From Spirochaetia bacterium (GTDB taxonomy: Bacteria; Spirochaetota; Spirochaetia; UBA9216), in assembly GCA_963675665.1 (NCBI GenBank), contig OY776510.1, positions 2,496,001 to 2,560,000 on the forward strand: a stretch of 64,000 nucleotides of DNA, written 5' to 3'. The notes beneath the pieces are model-generated. The model had not been told where the DNA came from. It searched no databases and worked only from the letters and a program-made list of their open reading frames with translations. Position numbers and translations under genes: made by a program. This document shows, in pieces, positions 38,866-48,959 of the stretch (the stretch's first letter is position 1; the number at the start of each line of letters is the position of its first letter).

Positions 38866-39894
38866 ATGCATAATGAGCAGAAATCTGATCGGCTGTTCAG
38901 TCTTGCAGCATTCTTTTTTGGTTTGCTGTTTGTAATTCTTTTTATTGTATCTCTGTTTTCAGGCAGATATTCCATTTCGCCCGGGTTGATGTGCCGTGTG
39001 TTGCTTTCTAAGATAATACCTCTCGATATAACATGGTCACGGACTGTGGAGACTGTAGTCTTCAATATCAGGCTTCCGAGAACCGTACTTGCCTGTCTTA
39101 TAGGAGGAAGCCTCGCTGTCTGCGGGGCTTCTTTTCAGGGCATGTTCCAGAACCCGCTGGTTAGCCCTGACATTCTCGGCGTAACATCAGGCGCAGGCTT
39201 CGGCGCAGCTTTGGCAATCCTTCTGTGGAACAAGGTCGCGCTTATACAGGCCTCGGCCTTCACGTTCGGAATACTTGCCGTTGTTGTTGCTTACCTGATC
39301 AGCCGCGTCTTTAAAACAACGCCCACACTGATGCTTGTGCTTTCCGGTATTATTGTAGGCTCTATTTTTTCAGCTCTTTTATCATTGATTAAATATGTTG
39401 CAGATCCCAACCAGAAACTGCCGGCTATAGTTTTCTGGCTGATGGGAAGTCTTGCGGGTGTTTCCAGAAAAGAACTTGTAACCGTTGCGATACCAATCCT
39501 GATTGGAACAGCCGGACTGTTCCTTGTAAGGTGGCGGATAAACATACTGTCGATGGGAGACGAGGAAGCACATTCGATGGGGATCAGAACCGGCACGCTC
39601 AAGCTGTTCATCATTATCTGCGCTACATTAACAACGGCATCCTCCGTAAGCGCCTGCGGCATAATAGGCTGGGTAGGCCTGGTTGTGCCGCATATCTGCC
39701 GGATGATTATCGGTTCGGACCATAAGCGACTTATACCGCTTTCTTTTCTGGGCGGAGGCTGTTTTCTGCTCGGCGTTGATACCATTGCAAGAACCGCCAT
39801 TTCAGCTGAAATCCCGCTGGGAATCCTGACCGCACTTATCGGGGCCCCTTTCTTTGCATTCCTGCTCAGAAAAACAGGAGGCAAACCGGGATGA
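38866..39894 (+). CDS. FecCD/BtuC-family ABC permease
   Basis: NIRLPRT, FQGMFQNPLVSPDILGV, GIIGWVGLVVPH and TALIGAPFF. Confidence 0.9.
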   Translation: MHNEQKSDRLFSLAAFFFGLLFVILFIVSLFSGRYSISPGLMCRVLLSKIIPLDITWSRTVETVVFNIRLPRTVLACLIGGSLAVCGASFQGMFQNPLVSPDILGVTSGAGFGAALAILLWNKVALIQASAFTFGILAVVVAYLISRVFKTTPTLMLVLSGIIVGSIFSALLSLIKYVADPNQKLPAIVFWLMGSLAGVSRKELVTVAIPILIGTAGLFLVRWRINILSMGDEEAHSMGIRTGTLKLFIIICATLTTASSVSACGIIGWVGLVVPHICRMIIGSDHKRLIPLSFLGGGCFLLGVDTIARTAISAEIPLGILTALIGAPFFAFLLRKTGGKPG

Positions 39895-40736
39895 ATGAAA
39901 CAGCCGTTGAATTATTTGAAGCATCATTTTCTTACGGGACCGAACCTGTTTTTTCGAATATCTCCGGAAAGATTAATCGCGGAGAGATCGTGTGTCTTCT
40001 GGGCGCAAACGGCTGTGGAAAGACAACCCTGATGAAATGTATGAACGGGCTTCTGCAGTTCGAAAGCGGAAAGGCTTTTATTCTGGGGAAAGATTTATTT
40101 TCAATGAGCGAGAGAGAACTTGCGATGAAAACAGCTTTTGTTTTCCAGGGTTATTCTCAGGTTTTTTCATATTCCGTTACCGACATTGTTCTTACCGGAA
40201 GGGGGCCCCATCTCGGCTTTTTCTCTTTTCCAGGACAAAAAGACAAACAAAAAGTTTTTTCAATTATGAAGGAAATGCATATAAGCCATCTGGCTTCACG
40301 ATATTTTCCCACCCTGAGCGGAGGAGAGCAGCAGCTTACAATGATCGCCCGGGCCCTGGCGCAGGAACCTTATGTGCTTTTTCTTGATGAGCCGGCTACA
40401 GCTCTGGATTTCGGAAATCAGCAGTACCTGTTAAGGACTGTAAAGAACCTGGCCAGGGTATACGGAATAACGATAGTAATGTCGACCCATTACCCGGACC
40501 ATGCATTGGCCGTTGCAGACAGTATCTGGGCAATAAAGGACGGCCGGATTATCAGTTCGGGACCTCCGCTTGAAGTCCTCACTGAGGAAAATATTTATAA
40601 ACTTTATAATGTGCCGGCCAGAGTGATTGAAGTGAGAGAAGAAGGAATTAATTCTCATACTGTAGTCCCCCTGGATAACAAAGCCGGCGATGAAGTAAAT
40701 TTTATTCTTGCGAACAAAGGTAAAGATAATGAGTGA
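39891..40736 (+). CDS. ABC transporter ATP-binding protein
   Basis: GANGCGKTT, LSGGEQQ, LDEP and STHYPDHA. Confidence 0.9.
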   Translation: MNETAVELFEASFSYGTEPVFSNISGKINRGEIVCLLGANGCGKTTLMKCMNGLLQFESGKAFILGKDLFSMSERELAMKTAFVFQGYSQVFSYSVTDIVLTGRGPHLGFFSFPGQKDKQKVFSIMKEMHISHLASRYFPTLSGGEQQLTMIARALAQEPYVLFLDEPATALDFGNQQYLLRTVKNLARVYGITIVMSTHYPDHALAVADSIWAIKDGRIISSGPPLEVLTEENIYKLYNVPARVIEVREEGINSHTVVPLDNKAGDEVNFILANKGKDNE

Positions 40737-42960
40737 TGTAAGGTGTAATTATTGTGAGAAGAGATGTATTTTAACTGATAAGGATTTCGGATATTGCAGG
40801 ATGTACAAGATGGAAGAAGGAAAGGTCGTCGAACGATTCCCGTTTCGTTTTTCAAGCATAGGAGATTCTTATGTAGATGGCATCCCTTTCTATCACGTAT
40901 TACCCGGAAGCAGGACCCTTGTTGTCGGCAGTTCCGGATGCAATATTGATTGCGCGTATTGCTCCAATTCCTATGTCGCGAGGGCCGATGTTGAAAAGAC
41001 ATTGCGCCTTAAATGTTCTGCTGAAGAAATAATCCGTATGGCTAAAAACGCTGAATGCAAATCAATAACCTTTCCGATTAATGAACCTGTTGTTGCTTTG
41101 CCTACTGTTCTCGGGATTGCCGAAGAAGCTTCGAAGTCAGGGCTCCCGACAGGGATTCTTACAAACGGACTTATGACTGAATCTTCTGCGGAAGCCCTGG
41201 CGCGGTCCGTAGACTTTATCAATGTAAGTATAAAGGCCGTTAACAAGGACAGTATATCGGCCCTGCTCGGCTGGTATGATCTGGAAGTTCTTGCCCGTAA
41301 TATTTCGTTGTTTAACAGGAACGCGCATGTTGAGGTCAGTACCCCGATAGTGCAGGGGATAAATGATTCGGATATACCGGCAATAGCCGGCCTTATCTCA
41401 AGTATTGACCGAAGTATTCCCTGGCATGTATTTCGTCTGCTTCCGGAGTATCGTATGGCCGAAATGGAACGTCCCAACATCCGCAAGGTAGCCAATGCGA
41501 TTGAAAATGAAAAGGAAAATCTTGATTTTATCTATTTCAGCAATTTCCTCGGATCAGTATGGGTCGATACCCTTTGCCCCGAATGCGGGAAAAAGGTTAT
41601 AGAAAGGATTAACTACGGCGGCTGCAATGCCAAATGCGTTAAGATTGAACTGGATTCGGACAGGTGTCCTGTTTGCGGCAGGAAGATCCCTGTATTTAAC
41701 AACATGTCAATTTCGGAAGAATATGATTCAGCTTTCAATATGCAGAAATCTTCCCCGGTAATGTATGACGATACAGATAAAGATATTGCTGTTATTGATG
41801 TTGTCGACTGGCAGGCTGATGTGGAGATGAGGACCGGAAATATTGTCGATATTGAAGATATTGTTAACGGGAACGGCGCGGACAGGGCTAAAAGGATTAT
41901 ATCCGAAGTTAAATCTCATCTTAAAGAAAATCAGTATCCCGGAGATTTAAACGGTTCTGCCTGTGAATGGATAACTGACAACGCACTGGCTATAAATAGA
42001 ATATATAAGCCCGAATTCATGTTTCTTAATTATTGCGATATATTTTTTAATAAAGTTTTTTCTTCAGGCGACAGTTTTACCGAAAAAAAGATTCGTAACA
42101 AAGTTTTTAATGAAGTGAACCGGTTTATTGAAAACACCGACTTTGAACCGGTAATAGCAGGGTTGGGCAATCTTATTGATATTTCCGGAGAAATAAGTAC
42201 GACCGGAACAGACGCCCATATAGAAGCTTTTGGAATGTACTGTCAGTATGCGGGACTGTTTTCTCCGTCAAACGAGGCTCTGAAACGGATAGAACCCATA
42301 CCTGGTATACGGAAAATAGTATCAAGAGAGATGTTGCGGAATTCCGGCGATGTCGCTCCGGATTTTCTTAAAAGAAGTCCTGATTATATCCTGTGTGCAA
42401 AAGAAGGATACTATTTCAGGGGACACGGAACCGCCGCCAGACCTTTTTATAAACTTCCTTCACAGGATGCAAGTATTCCTGTTTCGGGGATTAAAAGCGG
42501 CAGAGTAAAGAATATTACTGATATAGCTTCGTATATTCTTGATTCACTGGGGAAAAAGAAGACAGCGCTGATTTTTATTGAGGGCATCGGCAGGGAAGAG
42601 TTTCCGTACGATTCAATTGATATCGGATCCTCGCAGGATTGGTTCTATTATCCGCATAATAATGAAATGTACCTGTCAATACTCACGGGAGAACCCTTTA
42701 CCGCCAGGCCTTATCCTCCGGCATATCAGGCATATAAATATGACGGTTATGATTCGCCTTTTCCATATTCGGCATACTATGAGTATATTGAACCGGGTTC
42801 AATAGGAAGAAGATTCAAGGGCCGCAGCGTGTCCGTTGGCGGGAGAAGCGTCCTGACGCATGTTTCAGCCGGAACGGACATTACAATAGAATGCTTTGCC
42901 CGGGCGCTTTACAATCATGGAACAATTGCCGTAATGAACACGGAAAAGCTTGGTAATTAA
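40729..42960 (+). CDS. Radical SAM enzyme (AmmeMemoRadiSam/PflA-like) fused to a ~400 aa C-terminal domain of unknown function
   Basis: N-terminal RCNYCEKRC..GYC; GCNIDCAYCSN (CxxxCxxC); NEP; Zn ribbon CPECG..CPVCG; long C-terminal extension. Start overlaps the ATPase stop. Confidence 0.8.
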   Translation: MSDVRCNYCEKRCILTDKDFGYCRMYKMEEGKVVERFPFRFSSIGDSYVDGIPFYHVLPGSRTLVVGSSGCNIDCAYCSNSYVARADVEKTLRLKCSAEEIIRMAKNAECKSITFPINEPVVALPTVLGIAEEASKSGLPTGILTNGLMTESSAEALARSVDFINVSIKAVNKDSISALLGWYDLEVLARNISLFNRNAHVEVSTPIVQGINDSDIPAIAGLISSIDRSIPWHVFRLLPEYRMAEMERPNIRKVANAIENEKENLDFIYFSNFLGSVWVDTLCPECGKKVIERINYGGCNAKCVKIELDSDRCPVCGRKIPVFNNMSISEEYDSAFNMQKSSPVMYDDTDKDIAVIDVVDWQADVEMRTGNIVDIEDIVNGNGADRAKRIISEVKSHLKENQYPGDLNGSACEWITDNALAINRIYKPEFMFLNYCDIFFNKVFSSGDSFTEKKIRNKVFNEVNRFIENTDFEPVIAGLGNLIDISGEISTTGTDAHIEAFGMYCQYAGLFSPSNEALKRIEPIPGIRKIVSREMLRNSGDVAPDFLKRSPDYILCAKEGYYFRGHGTAARPFYKLPSQDASIPVSGIKSGRVKNITDIASYILDSLGKKKTALIFIEGIGREEFPYDSIDIGSSQDWFYYPHNNEMYLSILTGEPFTARPYPPAYQAYKYDGYDSPFPYSAYYEYIEPGSIGRRFKGRSVSVGGRSVLTHVSAGTDITIECFARALYNHGTIAVMNTEKLGN

Positions 42961-42989
42961 ATCAGGACAGGATATTCAATTTGCCATGT

Positions 42990-44096
42990 TTACCAGAGCG
43001 GGGTAAGCCTGCGGGCAAAGACATTGCGGGCCGGTTTCATATCAAGATCGCTGAAAAACAGGCCCGAATCCTTATGGTATGACGCGTCCGACTCGACCAG
43101 CTTGAAGTAATAGGCTTCTGTAACAGGAAGAGCTTCTATGGCGTCTATATAATATTCCATCCGGTCGGCCTGGTAGTCCGGAGAAGTAAGCTCAAATTCC
43201 GAATTCGGGCCCCCGAATTCCGAAACCAGCACAGATTTTTCATCCGGCAGAACGGAAAGATATTCAGGCCAGTTTTCAGGATCATCATACAAATGGATGT
43301 CTATAATATCATATCCGGCGTTCTGAAAAACATACTCTACATTCTGCTTTATCCCGTTGCTGTCGTAATCTTCTTTAATCTTATCGATTCGACTGTTGAG
43401 ATATTCTACAGTAATGCCGTTATCGAGGGTGATACCGGAAAAATCAGGGTAGGCGCCCTTTGCGGCAAAGTATTCAACAATCGGATAGGTTCTGGTAAGT
43501 CCTCCAAGAACAACTTCAGTATTCGGTGATAATGTCTGAACGGCATTATAAAGTATATTATTATAGGCTACGAATCTTTCTATGGAACTCTGATCCATGT
43601 AAACCGTTCCGTCCTGTGTGCCTGATTCCCACTCGTTTCCAAACTGGATTTTATTGATATTGTTGTACCGGGATAATAATGCTTCGATAAAGGTTTGAAG
43701 CGCCTCTTCGTTCAGAAGACAGGCGCCGTCGCTTCCGGGCGTGAGGGTTGCCCAGTCCGGACCGATGCTTGATATGGTCAGAAAAACCGATATATTGTTT
43801 TCTTCGGCCGCATTCATGCGGACATCCATGGGGTCCCAGTAAAAGTTTCCCTGCTCAGGTTCCCTGTTTCTCCAGTCTACGGCTATTCGTATTCTGTCGA
43901 TTGCCAGTTTCTTTATCTCATCAACGGTAAAGTTAATCTGTTCAAGGCTGGAAAAAGGCGGGAACGACATTCCCGCTATTATACCTGTTGCTCCGTAAAC
44001 GGAATAATTGCCTTCCAGTATTAATTCCGATTCACAGCAGGAATAAAGATGTAAAGTAATTATAAGTAAAAATATTACCCGAAACAGCCTGTTCAT
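42990..44096 (-). CDS. Glycoside hydrolase lipoprotein (clan GH-A TIM barrel)
   Basis: Lipobox-like LYS-C; DWRNREPEQGNFYW; acid/base QFGNEW; DIHLY; nucleophile VSEFGGP. Confidence 0.7.
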   Translation of the reverse strand: MNRLFRVIFLLIITLHLYSCCESELILEGNYSVYGATGIIAGMSFPPFSSLEQINFTVDEIKKLAIDRIRIAVDWRNREPEQGNFYWDPMDVRMNAAEENNISVFLTISSIGPDWATLTPGSDGACLLNEEALQTFIEALLSRYNNINKIQFGNEWESGTQDGTVYMDQSSIERFVAYNNILYNAVQTLSPNTEVVLGGLTRTYPIVEYFAAKGAYPDFSGITLDNGITVEYLNSRIDKIKEDYDSNGIKQNVEYVFQNAGYDIIDIHLYDDPENWPEYLSVLPDEKSVLVSEFGGPNSEFELTSPDYQADRMEYYIDAIEALPVTEAYYFKLVESDASYHKDSGLFFSDLDMKPARNVFARRLTPLW

Positions 44097-44290
44097 AATA
44101 TATAAAAGTACTATGTTGCTGATCAGATTTCAATCCTGGTCGGGAAATCTTTGTTTGTTGCTTTTCAGTAAGTATTCAATCTTAATCATCCGGCTGTTGA
44201 CTTTTTCAGTCAATTCAAAATTAATGGTTAAAAGCATAACACAGTACCTAATTGCTTCATTTCGTAAGTTTTAAAGGACTGGGGAGACAG

Positions 44291-45769
44291 ATGGCGAAAA
44301 CATTAATGATTCAGGGCACTTCCTCAAATGTCGGAAAGAGTTTTCTGACCGCGGCGCTCTGCCGGATTTTTTATCGGAAAGGTATAAATGTTGTCCCTTT
44401 TAAAGCGCAGAATATGGCGCTGAACTCGTTTGTTACCCCGGAAGGCGATGAAATAGGCCGCGCCCAGGCAGTACAGGCCCAGGCTGCGGGTCTTGCTCCT
44501 CATGTGGATATGAACCCTGTGCTTCTGAAGCCTGAAGCAGATGCAAAAAGCCAGGTTGTGCTTATGGGAAAGCCGTGGAAAAGCCTTCCTGCCGGAGAAT
44601 ACTATAAAGAGCGGTTTGAATTATGGAAGGCTGTTACACAATCGCTTGAGCGGCTTGATAAAAAGTACGACCTGATAATTATTGAAGGAGCGGGAAGCCC
44701 TGCGGAAATAAATCTTAAAAGATTCGAAATTGTGAATATGCGGGTTGCCCGGCATTTGCAGTCTCCGGTCCTTCTTGCCGGAGATATTGATCGCGGCGGT
44801 ATTTTTGCCCAGCTGTACGGTACCCTGGAGCTTCTTGAACCTGAAGAACGGGAACTTATAAAAGGTTTTATAATTAACAAATTCCGGGGTGATGTTAAAT
44901 TGCTTGAACCGGGAATTGATATGCTGACGGAATTGACAGGCGGTGTCCCGACTTTGGGAGTAGTTCCATATATCCGCGATATTTTTCTCGCCCAGGAAGA
45001 TTCGGTTTCCCTCGATGAACAGACGGAATATGAATCGGAAAACATCGCTGCGAATGAGGCTCTGGACATTGTCGTAGTGCGTTTGCCTCACATCTCAAAT
45101 TATGATGATTTTGATCCGCTGCAGCATGAAGACGGAGTAAATATCAGGTTTGTCGATTCTGTAAAAAAAATCGGCCGGCCCGATGCGATAATTATTCCGG
45201 GCAGTAAAACTACGATTGCAGATCTGAACTGGCTTAAAAACAACGGTCTGGCTGATATCATTACAGGATTTTCTAAAGCGGGAATCCCTGTCTGCGGAAT
45301 ATGCGGCGGCTACCAGATGCTTGGAAAATCCATAAACGATTTAAAAGGCATTGAGGGGAGGCCGGGCAGGTTTGACGGAATAGGGTTGCTGCCTGTTGAA
45401 ACGGTATTTGATCACGGCAAAGAAACAGTTGCGGGTACAGCAGAAGTCTGCTCAGACGGAAGTGAAGTCCGCGGGTATGAAATTCATATGGGCAGGACAA
45501 GCCTTTACCCTGATGCTGTGCCTCTGCTGAATAAAAAGGACGGCAGTTTTGACGGCTGTGTATTGGGAAGTGTGTGGGGAACATATTTTCACGGTATTTT
45601 TGATAATGACGAATTCAGAAGAACTTGGCTTGGAAAGATCGGATGGAATGGGTCAAACAATGTCGCTTCTTTCTTCAGCAGGCGCGAAGAAGAGCTGGAA
45701 TGTCTTGCAGACCAGTTTGAACAGGCCCTCGATATGGAGGCAATAGCCGGAATTATCGACGGGAAATAG
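44291..45769 (+). CDS. cobQ: Cobyric acid synthase
   Basis: MIQGTSSNVGKS, PFKAQNMALNS, MNPVLLKP, EGAGSPAEINL, INKFRGD, CGGYQMLG and GTYFHG. Confidence 0.93.
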   Translation: MAKTLMIQGTSSNVGKSFLTAALCRIFYRKGINVVPFKAQNMALNSFVTPEGDEIGRAQAVQAQAAGLAPHVDMNPVLLKPEADAKSQVVLMGKPWKSLPAGEYYKERFELWKAVTQSLERLDKKYDLIIIEGAGSPAEINLKRFEIVNMRVARHLQSPVLLAGDIDRGGIFAQLYGTLELLEPEERELIKGFIINKFRGDVKLLEPGIDMLTELTGGVPTLGVVPYIRDIFLAQEDSVSLDEQTEYESENIAANEALDIVVVRLPHISNYDDFDPLQHEDGVNIRFVDSVKKIGRPDAIIIPGSKTTIADLNWLKNNGLADIITGFSKAGIPVCGICGGYQMLGKSINDLKGIEGRPGRFDGIGLLPVETVFDHGKETVAGTAEVCSDGSEVRGYEIHMGRTSLYPDAVPLLNKKDGSFDGCVLGSVWGTYFHGIFDNDEFRRTWLGKIGWNGSNNVASFFSRREEELECLADQFEQALDMEAIAGIIDGK

Positions 45770-45772
45770 TCT

Positions 45773-46537
45773 CTACGCGATAATAACCTTTATCCCGGCA
45801 GCTTCAAAATCCGCTTTCTGCCGGTCAGTTATGCCGCCGTCTGTGATCAGGCAATCTATCCTGTCCATCGCACGAAGGGCTGCAAACGCAGGCCGGTTTA
45901 TCTTTGTTGAATCGACAAGCAGAAACACCTCGTCGGCCGAATCAATCATGGCCTGCTTAACCGGCAGGTCGCTGAAGCCGGGATAAGTCAGCCCGGTATC
46001 AAGTGATACCCCCGCCGCCGCGAGAAACAGCTGGTGAACATGCATATTCTGAAAAAAGACGGCCGCTTTATCGCCGGTCAGCGAAAGCGTCGGCGCCTTA
46101 AACTCGCCCCCCGTCATATGTACTTCCATCCCGGGGTTTGCCCCGAGAATCAACGCGATGTTGAGGCTGTTGGTAATAACCCTGAGTTGTTTGACTCCGG
46201 CAAGGCTGCGGGCCAGTTCGGTTACGGTGGTCCCTGAATCGAGTATGATGGAAGTATTCTCCTTTACAAAGCCGGCGGCCCTTTCGCCTATCTGTTTTTT
46301 GAGATCCATGTTTTCGGTATGTTCCAGGGACAGAGATTTAACCCTGTCGGATATGTTTTTAAGAAATGCGCCCCCGTGGTCTCTTGCAATCTCGCCGGCG
46401 GATTCAATTTTTACAAGATCCTGCCGTATCGTGGGTTCGGAAACATTAAAAAGATTGCTCAGATAGGTTACCCTTGCGCTTCCGTTTTCTCTTATAAGCT
46501 CAATAATCTTTTCGCGGCGCTGTTCAGCCAGCATCAA
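45773..46537 (-). CDS. DeoR/GlpR-family transcriptional regulator
   Basis: HTH VSEPTIRQDL..HGGA; LDSGTT; ITNSL. Confidence 0.92.
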   Translation of the reverse strand: MMLAEQRREKIIELIRENGSARVTYLSNLFNVSEPTIRQDLVKIESAGEIARDHGGAFLKNISDRVKSLSLEHTENMDLKKQIGERAAGFVKENTSIILDSGTTVTELARSLAGVKQLRVITNSLNIALILGANPGMEVHMTGGEFKAPTLSLTGDKAAVFFQNMHVHQLFLAAAGVSLDTGLTYPGFSDLPVKQAMIDSADEVFLLVDSTKINRPAFAALRAMDRIDCLITDGGITDRQKADFEAAGIKVIIA

Positions 46538-48003
46538 TCAAGTCCTTTAAGAATTTCAACCCATTGCCGGTATTTATCAACCAGGTTCGGACTGAAATTA
46601 TTTTTGGAGATTTCGTCGTCATTATATTTCAGTTTGTTCAGATTTGCAATCGAATCAAATATTTCTGATTTCAGTCCGGCCAGCAGGGCTGCTCCAAGCG
46701 CCGAGGCTTCGCGAAGGCGGCATTTGATTATCCGCGCGTTATTGAGTCCGGAAATGCTGTTCATCACAAAGCTGCTGTCGGATACGCCGCCGTCAACCTG
46801 TAATGATTTCAGAGGTTCATTCATGTCTTTCTCCATGGCGCGGAGTACATCCGTAACCTGAAATACTATTGATTCAAATGCCGCTTTTATAATATGGCTT
46901 TTTCCTGATTCAAAGGTAAGTCCGCGTATTGCAGCCTGTTCGGACATTTTCCACCATGGCGCTCCCAGTCCGCTGAATGCCGGAATCAGAACTACGCTTC
47001 CCGAACTTTCGGTGTTCTCCGCTATTATTGCTGCTTCAGCCGAATCGGCAAAAAGCCCCAGCTGATCGCGCAGCCATGTTATGGTAGAGCCGCAGCTGAC
47101 TATGATGCCTTCAAGCGCGTAAGAAACCTGATTTTCGGTACTCCAGCATATTGTTGAAACCATTGAAGTTTCAGCCGGCTCGACAAGTTCTCCGGTGTTC
47201 AGCAGAATGGATGATCCTGTTCCCATTGTCGCTTTGGCTGAGCCTTTTTCGAAGCATCGCTCGCCGAAAGCCGCGGCATGTGAGTCTCCTATCATTGCAT
47301 TTACCTGCAGGGGGCGGGGCAGCAGGCCGTTGAAATCGGTTGAGCCGAAATTCGCGCCGGACGGCAGCGCTTCGGGCATGTTCAGTTTTTCAAGCCCGAA
47401 CAGCTTCATCAGGTCTTTATCCCAGCAAAGCGATTTCAGGTTGAACAGCATTGTGCGGGATGCATTTGTATAATCGGTTTTATACGAAGCGCCCCCGGTC
47501 AGTCTGTACAGAAGCCAGCTGTCTATGGTTCCGAAAAAAGCCTTGCCGCTGTTTATTTTTTCGCGGATTTCGGGGTTTTCTTCGGCAAGTCTCACAATCT
47601 TTGTTCCCGAGAAGTACGGATCGATAAACAGACCCGTTTTTTCGCGGATGAATGATTCATGTCCTTCATCTATCAGGCGGCGGCATACGGGTATCGAACG
47701 TTTGCACTGCCATACTATCGCCGGGGCAAGAGGGGCGCCGTTTTTATCCCACAGCAGGAAGGTTTCACGCTGATTTGAGATTCCGCAACAGACAAGGTCA
47801 GCTGCGGCAGGAGTTTCCGCAATATTACCGACTGCTGCAAGAACGCTGGAATATATTTCTTCGGGATCCTGCTCAACATAACCTTCGACAGGATAATAAC
47901 TTTTCAGCGGGGCTCTTCCTTCAGCCCGGATTTCGCCTGATTCATTAAACAGAATTGCCTTGGAGCCGCTTGTGCCCTGATCGATTGCAAGAATAGTGAC
48001 CAT
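46534..48003 (-). CDS. FGGY-family carbohydrate kinase (glycerol kinase-like; candidate apulose kinase)
   Basis: AIDQGTSGSK, ISNQRET, DPYFSGTK, TDYTNASRT, PAFSGLGAPWW and VDGG. Confidence 0.85.
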   Translation of the reverse strand: MVTILAIDQGTSGSKAILFNESGEIRAEGRAPLKSYYPVEGYVEQDPEEIYSSVLAAVGNIAETPAAADLVCCGISNQRETFLLWDKNGAPLAPAIVWQCKRSIPVCRRLIDEGHESFIREKTGLFIDPYFSGTKIVRLAEENPEIREKINSGKAFFGTIDSWLLYRLTGGASYKTDYTNASRTMLFNLKSLCWDKDLMKLFGLEKLNMPEALPSGANFGSTDFNGLLPRPLQVNAMIGDSHAAAFGERCFEKGSAKATMGTGSSILLNTGELVEPAETSMVSTICWSTENQVSYALEGIIVSCGSTITWLRDQLGLFADSAEAAIIAENTESSGSVVLIPAFSGLGAPWWKMSEQAAIRGLTFESGKSHIIKAAFESIVFQVTDVLRAMEKDMNEPLKSLQVDGGVSDSSFVMNSISGLNNARIIKCRLREASALGAALLAGLKSEIFDSIANLNKLKYNDDEISKNNFSPNLVDKYRQWVEILKGLD

Positions 48004-48018
48004 TTCAAACCCTTTACA

Positions 48019-48957
48019 TTATTTCATCTTTGATAAAATTTCTTTTACCGAGCTGATTATACCATCAGAGTCAAGACCGTACATCTTTTTCAGAACCTCC
48101 CGTGGGGCTGCTTCGGCAAAATATCCTGCCGGCACGCCCCCGCGTTTAAGGCTGCAGTCAAGACGGTTGTCCAGGATTATTTCGGAAGTTAAAGCGCCGA
48201 TTCCTCCGTGAGTGCTGTGTTCTTCAAGCGTTAATGCTGCTCCTGTTTTTTGAAGCGACTTGATTATCCCCTCAGGGTTTAGCGGCCTGATTGACGGCAG
48301 ACTGATAATTTCTGCGCATACGCCTTCTTCTTCAAGGGCAACAGCCGCCCTTATTGCTTCATGTACGATTGTTCCCAGAGTAATCAGGCTGATGTCCCGG
48401 CCTTCACGTATTACGACAGCTTCTCCCGGTGTAAACCTGTAAGAAGCCTTGTGGATATTATCAGCCTTGAAACTGTCAAGCCTTATATAAACCGGCCCTT
48501 CATATGATGCAGCGTAGCGGGTTATCTGGCGGGTCTCTTCCGGATCGCACGGCGCAAAAATCTGAATGTTTCCAAATGCCAGTGCGGTTGATATATCGTC
48601 TATGCAATGATGGGTCGGCCCGAGTGAGCCGTATGCAAAGCCCGGGTTCAGACCGGCAAGTTTGACATTGGTATTTGAATAGCATACATCGGTTTTTACC
48701 TGCTCGTTTGATCGTCCCAGCAGAAATGGCGCTGCGTTAGCTGTAAACGGAATTGTTCCCCCGAGAGACATTCCGGCGGCAATGCCGATCATGTTCTGCT
48801 CGGCAATGCCCGTGTTTATGACAGAATCCGGATACTTTTCCATAAAGGGTTTAATTCTGCATGTTGATGTTGAATCGCTTACCAGGACATAAAGCCTGTC
48901 GTCATTTTCCTTTATCCTGCTTAACTCTTCTACAAAACAGTCTCTTAATTCTTCCAT
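48019..48957 (-). CDS. Transketolase, C-terminal subunit
   Basis: GIAEQNMIG, LGPTHHC, GPVYIRL and EEHS..GG. Confidence 0.88.
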   Translation of the reverse strand: MEELRDCFVEELSRIKENDDRLYVLVSDSTSTCRIKPFMEKYPDSVINTGIAEQNMIGIAAGMSLGGTIPFTANAAPFLLGRSNEQVKTDVCYSNTNVKLAGLNPGFAYGSLGPTHHCIDDISTALAFGNIQIFAPCDPEETRQITRYAASYEGPVYIRLDSFKADNIHKASYRFTPGEAVVIREGRDISLITLGTIVHEAIRAAVALEEEGVCAEIISLPSIRPLNPEGIIKSLQKTGAALTLEEHSTHGGIGALTSEIILDNRLDCSLKRGGVPAGYFAEAAPREVLKKMYGLDSDGIISSVKEILSKMK

Positions 48958-48959
48958 TT

